A stretch of DNA of 34,613 bases from Acidobacteriota bacterium (GCA_040005235.1 JBDTZG010000056.1:1-34613); one strand, 5' to 3'; shown: positions 11,700-21,588, counted from the stretch's first letter. Translations and numbers: made by a program. The notes: generated by a model from the letters alone, not told the origin.

Positions 11700-11996
11700 A
11701 TGTATCTGATCCGCGACATCTTCCAGTGCAGGCCCGGGAAGGCGAAGCAGCTCGCCGAGAAGTTGCGGGCGACTTTTTCTTCGACGGAGGAGAACGACGG
11801 GTTCCGCAACAGCCGGATTCTGGTCGATGTCGTCGCCCGCTACTGGACAGTGGTCTGGGAGGCGGAGATCGAAAGCCTTGAGCAGTTCGAGCGGCATATG
11901 GCCGGCTATGGCTCGCGACCCGAGGTGCAGGAGGCGATGGCCGGCTATCTTGATCTGGTCGACGGGGGTCATCGGGAGATCTTTCGGATTCTCTGA
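11700..11996 (+). CDS. Small NIPSNAP-like / dimeric alpha-beta barrel protein
   Basis: 98 aa MYLIRDIFQCRPGKAK...WTVVWEAEIESLEQFE...REIFRIL; GGAGG at 11688-11692 supports the ATG at 11700. Confidence 0.75.
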   Translation: MYLIRDIFQCRPGKAKQLAEKLRATFSSTEENDGFRNSRILVDVVARYWTVVWEAEIESLEQFERHMAGYGSRPEVQEAMAGYLDLVDGGHREIFRIL

Positions 11997-12092
11997 CGGT
12001 GACCGCGCAGATTGACCACGCCAGGGCGGGCCAATATCCTGCCGCCGGCTCACCGACGAGTCGCGAGACGTCCTCGAAAGGAATGCTCCCCA

Positions 12093-13682
12093 ATGGATGA
12101 GGCAGGCCCGCAGCCGAAGCTCTTCACCCCCGTGACCGTGGGCGCGGGTTGCACCGTGCCCCCTCCCGCCCCTCCTCAGGGTTCTTACGATTGGGCGGCT
12201 GTAGTGCATCCCAACTGTTTTGACAACACGGAGCGATTGGGACTTTGGTTCGGTGGCACCCAGCCAGTCGCGAACGGCCAGTCGCCGAGCCGTTTCATTC
12301 AGCCGGTGTCCGAGGAGTCGATCGGCGCGGGGGAGGATCAAGCGACCGGGTATTCCGTCTACGTCCTGGTGCATGGGTGGGCTCCCGGCTACCGGGCCGC
12401 CGTCAACGCGCAAGGGGGGCGCCTCCGGTGGTGGGAGGACAACGCGTCGAGCGGCGGTGCCTGGGCCGCCGCATGGGCATGGTCCCCGGTCACCGGGGAT
12501 AGTCCCGCCCTGCCGGTCAACCCGACCGGCGTATTGCAGGCGATCAAGGCGTTCGATCCCCAATCGACGGTTCTCGCCTACTCCTGGATCGACGACTCGG
12601 CCACCGACGGCTCGTTCGAGGAGCTGGACGAGGTCTATCGGTCGGAGGCCTATACTCAGGTCAACGGCATTCGCCTGGCCAATGCGCTCCTGCGCACTTT
12701 GGTGGCCGGATTTTGGACCAACCCCGCCAACAAGCTTCATCTGATCGGCCACAGCCATGGCTCGAAGGTGGTCACCGTGGCGGCTCTGACGCTCCAGAAC
12801 CTCGGCCTGCCGTTGGCGCAGCTAACGCTTCTCGACGCCCCGGAGAACGAGGAGACCCTGAACGTCAACGGCGCCAACTTCCTGGGCTTCTACCTCCAGC
12901 AGATGAAGATCGCCGATCCGACGGGCCCCAGCTCGGGCGGAACCTTCGTCGACAACTATCCCTCCTACTTCGGCGTCGCCTACCGCTCGCCGCAGCTCAG
13001 CAACGTCGTGGACGTGGCGCTCGATCCTTCGAAGCTCTACTACTCGACCGACCCGGGCGACCAGCACTCCTACGCCGCGGCCTGGTATGCCGCCTCGGCC
13101 GCCGCGGCGCAGAAATTCGCACTACTCTCTCTCGGCTTTTCGTGGCCGCCGCCGCAGCAGAGCTTCAAGCCGGCGCTCAACCAGACCTGGGCGGGAGGAG
13201 TGACGCAGGCCCAGCAGTGGCTCCTCATCACAGGCACCCCGCCCTTGACCTATCTCTATTCGGCGCCCAGTCTTTCGATCGACAGCGTGGCGACCCTGGG
13301 CAACGTCGGCGGCAGCCCGGCGAGCGGATTGGTGTTCGGCCCGCCGACCGCTCCGCAGAGCTTCTCGATGTTTCAGGGCGGGTACGGCAACGGCGCCTTT
13401 TCCGACGGGTTCGGCTTGGCGTTCGACGTCGCCTGGACCGGCGCCCAAGACGGCGACTATCTGGTCTTCACCGCCGAATCGGGGGAGGAGCGGGTTCAAG
13501 AGGTGGTCCTGGTGCTGGACGGCAAGACGGGCTTCCGGGGGACCTATCCCCTCACCCTGGCGGCCGATGCCTCGAGCTCAGTTCTCGATCTGGCGTTTTA
13601 CATCTTCTACTTTCCAGCCCGCGGCAATACGAGCGGCCAGGTCCGGTTGAGCAACTTCCGCCGCGTCGTGGTCAGCTACTAA
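12093..13682 (+). CDS. Uncharacterised alpha/beta-hydrolase-fold protein with a beta-rich C-terminal domain
   Basis: VLVHGW oxyanion motif, LHLIGHSHG nucleophile elbow, LTLLDAP and a candidate catalytic His in DQHSYA; AAAGGA RBS before ATG 12093. Confidence 0.75.
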   Translation: MDEAGPQPKLFTPVTVGAGCTVPPPAPPQGSYDWAAVVHPNCFDNTERLGLWFGGTQPVANGQSPSRFIQPVSEESIGAGEDQATGYSVYVLVHGWAPGYRAAVNAQGGRLRWWEDNASSGGAWAAAWAWSPVTGDSPALPVNPTGVLQAIKAFDPQSTVLAYSWIDDSATDGSFEELDEVYRSEAYTQVNGIRLANALLRTLVAGFWTNPANKLHLIGHSHGSKVVTVAALTLQNLGLPLAQLTLLDAPENEETLNVNGANFLGFYLQQMKIADPTGPSSGGTFVDNYPSYFGVAYRSPQLSNVVDVALDPSKLYYSTDPGDQHSYAAAWYAASAAAAQKFALLSLGFSWPPPQQSFKPALNQTWAGGVTQAQQWLLITGTPPLTYLYSAPSLSIDSVATLGNVGGSPASGLVFGPPTAPQSFSMFQGGYGNGAFSDGFGLAFDVAWTGAQDGDYLVFTAESGEERVQEVVLVLDGKTGFRGTYPLTLAADASSSVLDLAFYIFYFPARGNTSGQVRLSNFRRVVVSY

Positions 13683-13701
13683 ATCGGATCGTGAGGGGGC
13701 G

Positions 13702-15780
13702 ATGGCGATCTACGATGCGAAGCGCGCATTGGAGCTTCTGCGCCTCGGGAGCGGCCGGGCGGATGCCGGGTTCCGTGCGGGCCAGGAGGAGGCGATCCGC
13801 CATGTGGTCGCCGGCAGCGGTCGCCTCCTCGTGGTGCAGAAGACCGGCTGGGGCAAAAGCTTCGTCTACTTCATCGCGACCAAGATGCTGCGCGAGGCCG
13901 GGTCCGGCCCGGCGCTGTTGATCTCGCCGCTTCTGTCCCTCATGCGCAACCAAATTCAGGCCGCCGAGCGGATGGGCGTGCGGGCGGTGACGATCCATTC
14001 CGACAACCAGAGCGAGTGGCCGGCGGTCAAGGAGGCGATCGGAAAGGACGAGGTGGACGTCCTTTTGATCTCGCCCGAGCGATTGGCCAACGAGGAGTTC
14101 CGCACCCAGGTGTTGACCCAGATCGGGCAGCGCCTCTCTCTGCTGGTGATCGACGAGGCGCATTGCATCTCCGACTGGGGGCACGACTTTCGGCCGCACT
14201 ATCGGCTGATCGAACGGATCGCGCGCACGCTGCCGCAAAACCTACGGTTGCTCGCGACTACCGCGACCGCGAACGACCGGGTGCTGGCCGATCTCGAAGA
14301 GGTGCTCGGACCCGGGCTCGAAGTCTCGCGGGGAGACCTAAGCCGTCCGTCGCTCGCGCTGCAGACGATTTCACTGCCGAGCCAGGCCGAGCGGCTGGCC
14401 TGGTTGGCCAAGGAGGTGCCGGCTCTGCCGGGGCACGGCATCATCTATACCCTCACCATTCGCGATGCGAATCGGGTGGCTGACTGGCTGAAGTCGCGCG
14501 GGCTCGCCGTCGAGTCCTACACCGGCGAGACCGGCGAGGGGCGCCCCGAGCTGGAGCAGGCGCTGCTCGAAAATCGGGTGAAGGCGCTGGTCGCCACCAC
14601 GGCGTTGGGCATGGGGTTCGACAAGCCGGACCTCTCCTTCGTAATCCACTACCAGATGCCCGGGTCGGTGGTTGCCTATTACCAACAGGTCGGCCGCGCG
14701 GGGCGGGCGGTGGATGCGGCGTACGGTGTGCTGTTAAGCGGCGAGGAGGAGCTGGACATCACGGATTACTTCATCGAGAGCGCGTTCCCCAAGCCGGCGG
14801 AGGTGGAGCAGGTGCTCGGCGCTCTGGAGGAGGCTCCCCAAGGGCTCTCGGTACCCGAGCTGTTGACCCGGGTGAACCTGAGCCAGGGGCGGGTGGACAA
14901 GACGATTGCGCTGCTGTCGCTCGAATCGCCGCCGCCGCTGGTCAAGCAGGGCTCGAAGTGGCAGCTCACCGCGGTGCATTTAAGTCCCGCGTTCTGGCAA
15001 CGGGCGGAGCGGCTGACCGCGCTGCGGCGGGTGGAGCAGCGCCAGATGGGGGAGTACGTGGCGCTCTTCTCCGGGCACATGGAGTTTTTGATCCGCGCGC
15101 TCGACGGCGATCCGGGTGCTGTGGTCGTTCCCCCGCTGCCCCCGCTCCCCACCACGGCCGAGCCGTCGCTGGTACGCGAGGCCGAGGTGTTTCTTCGTCG
15201 CACTCATCTGATCATCGAGCCGCGCCGGATGTGGCCGACGGGCGAGCTGCCGCGGATGAAACTCAAAGGCAAGATCTCTGGCGAGCTTCAAGCCGAAGAA
15301 GGCCGGGCGCTCTGCACCTGGGGAGATGCCGGCTGGGGACGCCTGGTGCGGGAAGGGAAATACCGCGACGGGCGTTTCTCCGACGAGCTGGTCGAGGCCT
15401 GCGTGGAGCTGGTGCGCGACTGGAGCCCGGCTCCGGCGCCTGAGTGGCTCACCTGCATTGCTTCGCGACGCCATCCGGACCTCGTGCCCGATCTGGCGAG
15501 GCGCCTCGCGGCGGCGTTGGATCTGCCGTTCGTCGAGACGTTGGAGCGCACCGATGACCGGCCCGAACAAAAGGCGATGGCCAACAGCGCCCAGCAGGCG
15601 CGCAACGTGGACGGTTCCCTCGCGGTGCTCGATGTCGCGATCCCCGGCGGCCCCGTTCTCCTGGTCGATGACATGATCGATTCGCGCTGGACGGTGACTA
15701 TCGCGGCCTGGCTGCTGCGGAAGCACGGCAGCGGTCCGGTCCGGCCGTTGGCGCTGGCCTTCACGGGATTCAAAACATGA
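13702..15780 (+). CDS. RecQ-family ATP-dependent DNA helicase with C-terminal PRTase domain (RqlH-like)
   Basis: QKTGWGKS Walker [27 protein letters not shown] and QQVGRAGR motifs; C-terminal PRPP-loop-like [13 protein letters not shown]. Confidence 0.93.
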   Translation: MAIYDAKRALELLRLGSGRADAGFRAGQEEAIRHVVAGSGRLLVVQKTGWGKSFVYFIATKMLREAGSGPALLISPLLSLMRNQIQAAERMGVRAVTIHSDNQSEWPAVKEAIGKDEVDVLLISPERLANEEFRTQVLTQIGQRLSLLVIDEAHCISDWGHDFRPHYRLIERIARTLPQNLRLLATTATANDRVLADLEEVLGPGLEVSRGDLSRPSLALQTISLPSQAERLAWLAKEVPALPGHGIIYTLTIRDANRVADWLKSRGLAVESYTGETGEGRPELEQALLENRVKALVATTALGMGFDKPDLSFVIHYQMPGSVVAYYQQVGRAGRAVDAAYGVLLSGEEELDITDYFIESAFPKPAEVEQVLGALEEAPQGLSVPELLTRVNLSQGRVDKTIALLSLESPPPLVKQGSKWQLTAVHLSPAFWQRAERLTALRRVEQRQMGEYVALFSGHMEFLIRALDGDPGAVVVPPLPPLPTTAEPSLVREAEVFLRRTHLIIEPRRMWPTGELPRMKLKGKISGELQAEEGRALCTWGDAGWGRLVREGKYRDGRFSDELVEACVELVRDWSPAPAPEWLTCIASRRHPDLVPDLARRLAAALDLPFVETLERTDDRPEQKAMANSAQQARNVDGSLAVLDVAIPGGPVLLVDDMIDSRWTVTIAAWLLRKHGSGPVRPLALAFTGFKT

Positions 15781-16760
15781 ACAGCACCCTTTCGCCCAAC
15801 ACCCAAGCCATCCTGTTGCTGACCGCGCCGCTGATCGCCGGGGGCAGGGCGCCGGCTGTCGAACTGCTGACCCCGAGGGAGTACGGCCGCCTCGCGCGCC
15901 ACCTGCGCGAGAAGGAGCGCCAGCCGGCCGACCTGCTCTCGCCGAACGCCGCCGAGGTGATCGAAGCGTGCGGGGACGGGGTCGAGGTCGATCGGCTGGA
16001 ACGGCTGCTGGCGCGCGGGTTTCTTCTCAGCCAGGCGCTGGAGCGTTGGCAGGCGCGGGCGATCTGGGTAGTAAGCCGTGCTGATGCCGAATATCCCCAG
16101 CGCATCAAGTCGCGGCTCAGAGAGGACTCTCCTACCGTGGTCTACGGCTGCGGTGACGCCGCGATGTTGGCCAGCGGAGGTCTCGCGGTGGTCGGTTCGC
16201 GCGACGTGTCCGAAGAGCTGGTCGAGATCACCGAAGGGGTCGGCCGTCTCGCCGCGAGCGCCGGGGTCACCCTCGTCTCAGGGGGAGCGCGCGGTATCGA
16301 TCAGGCCGCGATGCGTGGCGCCTTGGAAGCTGAGGGGCGCGCGGTGGGGGTCCTGGCCGACAACCTGGAGCGGTCGGCTACGAACCGCGAGCACCGCAGC
16401 CTCCTGATGGAGAAACGACTCGTCCTCCTCTCGCCCTACGATCCGAGCGCGGGTTGGAACGTCGGCCATGCGATGCAGCGCAACAAGCTGATCTACGCTC
16501 TGGCCGATGCCGCCCTGGTGGTCAGCTCGGACCTGGAAAAAGGAGGCACCTGGGCAGGGGCGACCGAGCAGCTGGAGAAGTATCGCTTCGCCCCCGTTTA
16601 CGTCCGGACGAGCGGAGAGATCAGCCCCGGCCTCGAAGCGCTCGGGAAAAAAGGCGCGCTCCCCTGGCCGGACCCCGAAACACCGGGTGCCCTCCTCGAA
16701 GCGCTTGAAGCGAAGTTTCCCGCGTTGCCCGGAGTGCCGGAGCAGCAGAAGTTGTTTTGA
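15777..16760 (+). CDS. DprA/Smf-like DNA-processing protein (RqlI/ShosA-like antitoxin)
   Basis: [29 protein letters not shown] and KGGTWAGA motifs; ATGA overlap with the helicase stop. Confidence 0.9.
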   Translation: MNSTLSPNTQAILLLTAPLIAGGRAPAVELLTPREYGRLARHLREKERQPADLLSPNAAEVIEACGDGVEVDRLERLLARGFLLSQALERWQARAIWVVSRADAEYPQRIKSRLREDSPTVVYGCGDAAMLASGGLAVVGSRDVSEELVEITEGVGRLAASAGVTLVSGGARGIDQAAMRGALEAEGRAVGVLADNLERSATNREHRSLLMEKRLVLLSPYDPSAGWNVGHAMQRNKLIYALADAALVVSSDLEKGGTWAGATEQLEKYRFAPVYVRTSGEISPGLEALGKKGALPWPDPETPGALLEALEAKFPALPGVPEQQKLF

Positions 16761-16826
16761 GGCTTGACCGCAAACGATGCCCACCATCCTCTCGCACGCC
16801 GTGGTCGCCGCCGTGCGTCCCCGTCG

Positions 16827-17621
16827 TCATACCGCTCCGCCCGGCAACGCCGCCAGGAACTCCGACTCCTCGTCAACTGTGAAACCAATTCGCTCCACCC
16901 GCCGCTGCCGGCCATAGGGGCCGTCGGCGACAAGCGGTTCTTTGAGGCGGAGCACGAACTGCGGGGCGCCGAACAAGGTGGCGCGGATCGCTCCGGGGCC
17001 TTTCTCAAACGGTTTCAAGGGATCGAGGCGCTCGATCTTGGTGATCGCCGCAAGCGGCACGTCGAGGTTCCAGCGCAGGCCCGTGCGGATCGTCAGGCGG
17101 TCGGCGTCGACTCGGATCGGCCGCCTTCTCGCGGCCTGGTAGTCACCGAGAAACCAGAGCGCCCCGTAGAGGCTCAGGACAGTGAGCAGCAGCGCGATCC
17201 GCGGGTGATGGAAGTGGACCAGTAGAAGGTGGACTCCAGCGGTCTCGGCGAGCATCGCGATCATCAGCCCGCAAACGACCGCGCCGTAGCCGTTCTTCCG
17301 ATGGTAGGAAAACGCCCGGCCGGGCAGCGTCAATTTCCGGTCGGCGCCGAACAAGGCGTACGCGGTCACCGCGATCTCGTAGCCGATCGCATCGGCCACG
17401 GCGCGAAACGGCAGGGTCGTGCGGGCCGCGGAACGGATGCGGAAGTAGGCGTCCTGCACCTCCGCCTCTGGCCCCGCAGTGCGGCTCTTGCGGATCGCCC
17501 GCACGACGCGCCAGAGAATCGTGGCGACAAGGCCAACCTCCCACATGCCGATCAGGATCTCGATCGGTTTGCTGAGGTGGAGTGGGATGAACCAACCCGG
17601 CAACTCAGATGTCGAGGACAT
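16827..17621 (-). CDS. Hypothetical multi-pass membrane protein with a C-terminal soluble (bPH-like) region
   Basis: About 264-aa ORF with hydrophobic segments (VVCGLMIAMLAETAGVHLLL; LLLTVLSLYGALWF); ATG 17621 preferred over the track start. Confidence 0.7.
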   Translation of the reverse strand: MSSTSELPGWFIPLHLSKPIEILIGMWEVGLVATILWRVVRAIRKSRTAGPEAEVQDAYFRIRSAARTTLPFRAVADAIGYEIAVTAYALFGADRKLTLPGRAFSYHRKNGYGAVVCGLMIAMLAETAGVHLLLVHFHHPRIALLLTVLSLYGALWFLGDYQAARRRPIRVDADRLTIRTGLRWNLDVPLAAITKIERLDPLKPFEKGPGAIRATLFGAPQFVLRLKEPLVADGPYGRQRRVERIGFTVDEESEFLAALPGGAV

Positions 17622-17678
17622 GGGGGGATTGTAACCACAAGGTCCCACCGGCACCTCCGCTGGCCGTTCGGGTATGTG

Positions 17679-17691
17679 TATACTTAGGCGC
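17679..17691 (+). promoter_or_regulatory. Probable -10 box of a leaderless toxin-antitoxin transcript
   Basis: TATACT at 17679-17684, 7 nt before ATG 17692; no Shine-Dalgarno sequence. Confidence 0.45.
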
Positions 17692-17910
17692 ATGGCTCGG
17701 ATGCAGGTGTACCTTCCCGACGAGATGTATGAGCAGGTGAAGACCCGCGGTCTGCCGGCCTCGGAGCTGCTTCAGAAGGCGGTGCGTGCGGAGCTGCGGC
17801 GGATGGAGTTGCTGGCCGAGACCGACCGGTATGTGGCGGATTTGGTCGCCGAGGTGGGAACGCCTTCCGCGGCGGAGCGCGCACAATCTGCCGCGACTGC
17901 CGCTCGTTGA
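17692..17910 (+). CDS. CcdA/VapB-like (RHH) antitoxin
   Basis: MARMQVYLPDEMYEQVKTRGLPASELLQKAVRAELRR beta-alpha-alpha pattern; the C-terminus is probably clipped by a deletion. Confidence 0.75.
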   Translation: MARMQVYLPDEMYEQVKTRGLPASELLQKAVRAELRRMELLAETDRYVADLVAEVGTPSAAERAQSAATAAR

Positions 17911-18163
17911 GTCTTTGCAAGGGCATCCGGGTCGCGATGCTCTCACCAATAGTTTTCTCAAAACGTGCGACCTCGTGGAGGAGATCGACGAACCGCTGGC
18001 GCGGAGGGCGGCCCTTTTGCGTAGGCTCGCCCGCCGCGGCTCGGCAGTCGATGCTCTCGTCGTCGCTTTGGCCGAACCCGGCGGAACGGTACTTACCTCC
18101 GACCCCGGTGACCTCGCCGCCCTGGCTCAATATACGCACGACGTCATCGTGGAGAGAGTCTGA
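17903..18163 (+). pseudogene. PIN-domain (VapC-like) toxin lacking its N-terminus
   Basis: LVESLQG...ARRAALLRR...SAVDALVVALAEPGGTVLTSDPGDL are PIN middle and C-terminal motifs; the first beta strand with catalytic Asp and the start codon are missing. Confidence 0.75.
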
Positions 18164-18211
18164 CGGCTAAACTCTCAGCCTTCGATCTGCCAAAACAGCC
18201 GGGAGGTTCGC

Positions 18212-18396
18212 ATGGCCTCAATCTCAGAGGGGACAGGTGGCGACGATCAGGCGCAGGGCATCGATGTGTCGCATTACCAGGGGGCCGTCGACTGGAACGT
18301 GGTGCATGGCGCGGGGGGCGTATCACTTCTTTCATCCGGAGGGACGTCTTCAGCGGCCCGATTGCGGCGCTGCTGGCTTTCTTGGCGAAGGGGTAA
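18212..18396 (+). pseudogene. GH25 lysozyme/muramidase remnant with two internal deletions
   Basis: GGAGG RBS; QGIDVSHYQGAVDW in one frame, RGAYHFFHPE (18312-18341) in a second and DVFSGPIAALLAFLAKG* (18343-18396) in the third. Confidence 0.78.
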
Positions 18397-18398
18397 GG

Positions 18399-18430
18399 CG
18401 AGAGGGCCGGCCCGATGGCCGACCCTCTCG
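18399..18430. terminator. Hairpin between convergent genes (putative bidirectional terminator)
   Basis: CGAGAGGGCCGGCC-CGAT-GGCCGACCCTCTCG, 14-bp stem with one mismatch. Confidence 0.6.
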
Positions 18431-18441
18431 GGTTCAAAGAC

Positions 18442-21400
18442 CTAGTGGCAAGTGAAGAGCCGCGGCTTGACGAGCAGCGACCAGGAGTTCAGCTTGCCGG
18501 TATCGCGTTGCGCGAGGTCGCTCACGAACAGGTTCCAGTTGCCTAGGGTGCCTTGGCCGTTGAAGTGGGCCAGCTCGCCCGAGGTGACTCCGATGTCGCC
18601 GAGCGACGGAGAGTTGAAGAACGGCAGCCACCGGCCGGTAAACGGCGCGGCCAGCGAGTCGGCGAGGACCAGGTCTTGGGTGGCCGCGTCGTCGAACGTC
18701 GTGTTGGTGAAGTCGTTGCCCGAGTTGAGCCCGAAGAAACAGCCATCGGGAATGCAGCCGGCGGGCTCGAAGACCATGTCGGTGCCGAAGCTGCTCGGCG
18801 ACTTGATCTCGACCGTGAGGTCGCCCACCCAGGTGTGGGTCAAGCTGTTCAACTTGACGTCGAGGTCGGCGATTTCCAAATCCATCGCTACCGGGAGAAT
18901 GCTGGTGATTCCGGCGGGGAAGCCGTCCGGGATCGCTGTACCCTCCGGGATGCTCTTGGTGAACGTCCGGACCGGGCCGATTCCCCCCGGCTTGCCTACG
19001 CGCAGGGTGAACGACTGGGTGCGGGCGCCGAGCGAGCTGGCGGTCGCGAGGCTGAACTGGATCGAGCGGCCGCAGGCGAAACCGGCCGGCACCTTGAAGG
19101 TGAAGAGGACCGCGTTGGTCTTGCTGCCCTGCGCCGGGATCGTCGGGTAGACGGATGTCTTCTTGGTAATCGTCACGCCCGCGGTCGGCGAGGTGAGCAT
19201 CGCGGAGATGCCGGTCGCTCCCTTGCTCGGGAGGTCCCAGGGGTTCTTGAGGGTGATCCGGAGGCTGACCGTCTCGCCGGGATCGGGGAAATGGTTCGCG
19301 CCGCTGCCGCTGTCGAGGATCTGGATCCCTGCGATGTCCAGGTTCGGCAGGGCGAACGACTCCTTGACGCCGATGTGGGTCGCGATGCCTTCCGAGACCG
19401 TGGCGCCGTAGCCGAGGCCGCGATCGGCGAAGCCGGCCCAGATCGCCGGCTCGTTGGCGCAGCCGTGGGTCGCGCAATCGGCGTCGATCAGGGCGTCGCG
19501 CGCGTCGGTGAACGAAGGATCGATCGGCGTCATCTTGAGCGCGTCGGTGACGATTTGCAGCATTAGGTTGTTGCCGTTGGCGACGTTGTTGCCGTGCGAG
19601 GCGATGATCCGGCTGCGCACCTCCCACAGGCTCAAGGCCCAGACTTCGCCCGCGTTGTGCGGTTCGAGCGCGCCGTTGAACTGGAAGCCGAGAGGGCTGA
19701 CCGGCAGGCCGCCCGACATGTTCGCCGTCGTGTCGTCGACGTCGGCCCAGGTGAGCGGGTTGACGCCGTTGGCGGTGGCGTAGGGGAAGCGGCGGATGCC
19801 CGAGACGTAATTGTCGGTAAACGGCAGCCCGGCGATCTGGTAGGTCGCATAGGCGCCGTAGGCGTAGCGCCCGTTGGGGTTGTCGGCTTGAGTCGAGTTG
19901 AGTAGCGAAAGGGCGTAGAAATCGCTCCAGCCCTCGCCCATCGAGCCGCCCGGAAACCAGTTGAGGCCCGCGCCGTCGCCGATCAGGCGGTTGCTCAGAC
20001 CGTGGGTCAGCTCGTGGAGCACGATCTCGGCGTCCAGGCTGCCGTCGCGGTCAGGGCTCGGACCGTCGAAGATGAACATCCGCATGACGCCGTTTTCCCC
20101 GTCGGGCGGGGTGCTGAAGTTCGCGTTGTTGAACGAGGGATCCGCCGCCGCCGCGCCCTGCTGCGTCTCGGCGAGCACCCGGTCGCCCGCGGCGCCGCCG
20201 TGGCCGAAGTTGTCGCTCTGGAAGTTGCCCGCCCCTTCGTCGAAGCCGAGCGCGTAGAGCCGGTCATGGTAGTAGTTGGCGACATAGAACAGCTGGGTCA
20301 CCGCGCCGCGCTGGTAGTCGTCTCCGCCGGACGGATCGTCGCCCGCGTCGGGATCCGCGCCGAGCGGGGCCGGCGTGTAGTCGAAGCCGGAGCCCAGAAA
20401 GTCGCGCTCCCGGCCGGAGCTGTCCAGATTGCCGGTCGGCCGGCCGTCGTCGTCGAGCGCCCCGAAGTCGTCCGAGTCGTCGCCGTCGCGATCGAGGTAA
20501 GTGTCGACGTTGTTGCCGGAGGTTTCGTTACCGCCGTCGGGAATCCAGCCGTTGGGGCTCGCGATCGGGTCCTGCACGGCGAGCATCGAGGCGTTGCTTC
20601 GCGCGATCGCCACGAACTGGGTTCCGGCGTGGGGCGCCACGACGATGGGCGAGCGCGGGGCCGGGTTGTCGGCGGGGGTCTTGTTGTCGCCCTGGAGATA
20701 GACGCTGAAGCGGGCGTCCTGGGTCGAAGCTTGCTGCTCGATGTTCTTGCGGTAGAGGAGCGTGCCGGTTGCGGCGTCCACCACGAAGTACCAGTCGGCC
20801 GGGCCGGCGACGAACGCGACCTGGGACCAGGCGGGAATCAACACGCCGGAAGCGAGCGGAAAATAGACCATCTGACTCTTGCCGGTCCGCTGCACCGTGG
20901 GGTTGCCGACCGTGGCGAGGGCGGCGGAGAGAGCTCTTTCCGGCGCCCACTGACCGGCAGGGCTGAGGGCGGGGACGCTTCTGTCGTCGACTCCCGGCAC
21001 AAGTCGGCCGACGGTGCGGACCAGGCGGCCGTCGCGGTCGAGGATCGCGCGCATCTCGCTTTGGAAGACCGGCAGGCCGTGCACCCTTTGGCGCAGCCGC
21101 ACCATGCGCAGACCGCTTTCGCGGCTCAGGCTCTCGCCCAGCACGTCCAGCTGATCGACCTGCTCGGGCGCCAGGCCGTAGACCGCCGCGTTGCGCCGGA
21201 GGAAGGAGAGAACGATCTCGCGCGTCGGGGCCTTCGAGGCTCCGGAGAGGGCGCCGCCCGGAGCGCGGACCACTTCGGCGCTGCCGGTGAGCTTGTCGGT
21301 CTCGACGGTGGCGTTCGGCGCGCCGGCCCGAAGCTGCGCGAGCCCTTGGTCCATCGCCGGTTTCGCGGCGGCCGCCGCCCGGGCCATGTCTCCGAGATCC

Positions 21401-21588
21401 GCTGCCAGGGGGCCGCGGGTCAGGCGGTCCAGGTCTTCCCGGCCGTTCACCCGGATGTCGTAGTTACCGTAGAAGACCTTCTCGGTCCGGGGCAGGGCGA
21501 TCTGCGCGCTCGCCGTGGCGGACCAGAGGGCGGCGGAGCACAGGACGCTCCAGCCGGCGACGACGTGGACTCGCTTGCGAATGGACAT
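18442..21588 (-). CDS. Secreted M36 (fungalysin) metallopeptidase with FTP propeptide and C-terminal proprotein-convertase P-domain
   Basis: Signal peptide, NNANFSTPPDG, HELTHGLSNRL (HEXXH), MGEGWSD and P-domain HTWVGDL...GNWNLFVSD...GKLNSWSL; GGAGG before ATG 21588. Confidence 0.93.
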   Translation of the reverse strand: MSIRKRVHVVAGWSVLCSAALWSATASAQIALPRTEKVFYGNYDIRVNGREDLDRLTRGPLAADLGDMARAAAAAKPAMDQGLAQLRAGAPNATVETDKLTGSAEVVRAPGGALSGASKAPTREIVLSFLRRNAAVYGLAPEQVDQLDVLGESLSRESGLRMVRLRQRVHGLPVFQSEMRAILDRDGRLVRTVGRLVPGVDDRSVPALSPAGQWAPERALSAALATVGNPTVQRTGKSQMVYFPLASGVLIPAWSQVAFVAGPADWYFVVDAATGTLLYRKNIEQQASTQDARFSVYLQGDNKTPADNPAPRSPIVVAPHAGTQFVAIARSNASMLAVQDPIASPNGWIPDGGNETSGNNVDTYLDRDGDDSDDFGALDDDGRPTGNLDSSGRERDFLGSGFDYTPAPLGADPDAGDDPSGGDDYQRGAVTQLFYVANYYHDRLYALGFDEGAGNFQSDNFGHGGAAGDRVLAETQQGAAAADPSFNNANFSTPPDGENGVMRMFIFDGPSPDRDGSLDAEIVLHELTHGLSNRLIGDGAGLNWFPGGSMGEGWSDFYALSLLNSTQADNPNGRYAYGAYATYQIAGLPFTDNYVSGIRRFPYATANGVNPLTWADVDDTTANMSGGLPVSPLGFQFNGALEPHNAGEVWALSLWEVRSRIIASHGNNVANGNNLMLQIVTDALKMTPIDPSFTDARDALIDADCATHGCANEPAIWAGFADRGLGYGATVSEGIATHIGVKESFALPNLDIAGIQILDSGSGANHFPDPGETVSLRITLKNPWDLPSKGATGISAMLTSPTAGVTITKKTSVYPTIPAQGSKTNAVLFTFKVPAGFACGRSIQFSLATASSLGARTQSFTLRVGKPGGIGPVRTFTKSIPEGTAIPDGFPAGITSILPVAMDLEIADLDVKLNSLTHTWVGDLTVEIKSPSSFGTDMVFEPAGCIPDGCFFGLNSGNDFTNTTFDDAATQDLVLADSLAAPFTGRWLPFFNSPSLGDIGVTSGELAHFNGQGTLGNWNLFVSDLAQRDTGKLNSWSLLVKPRLFTCH

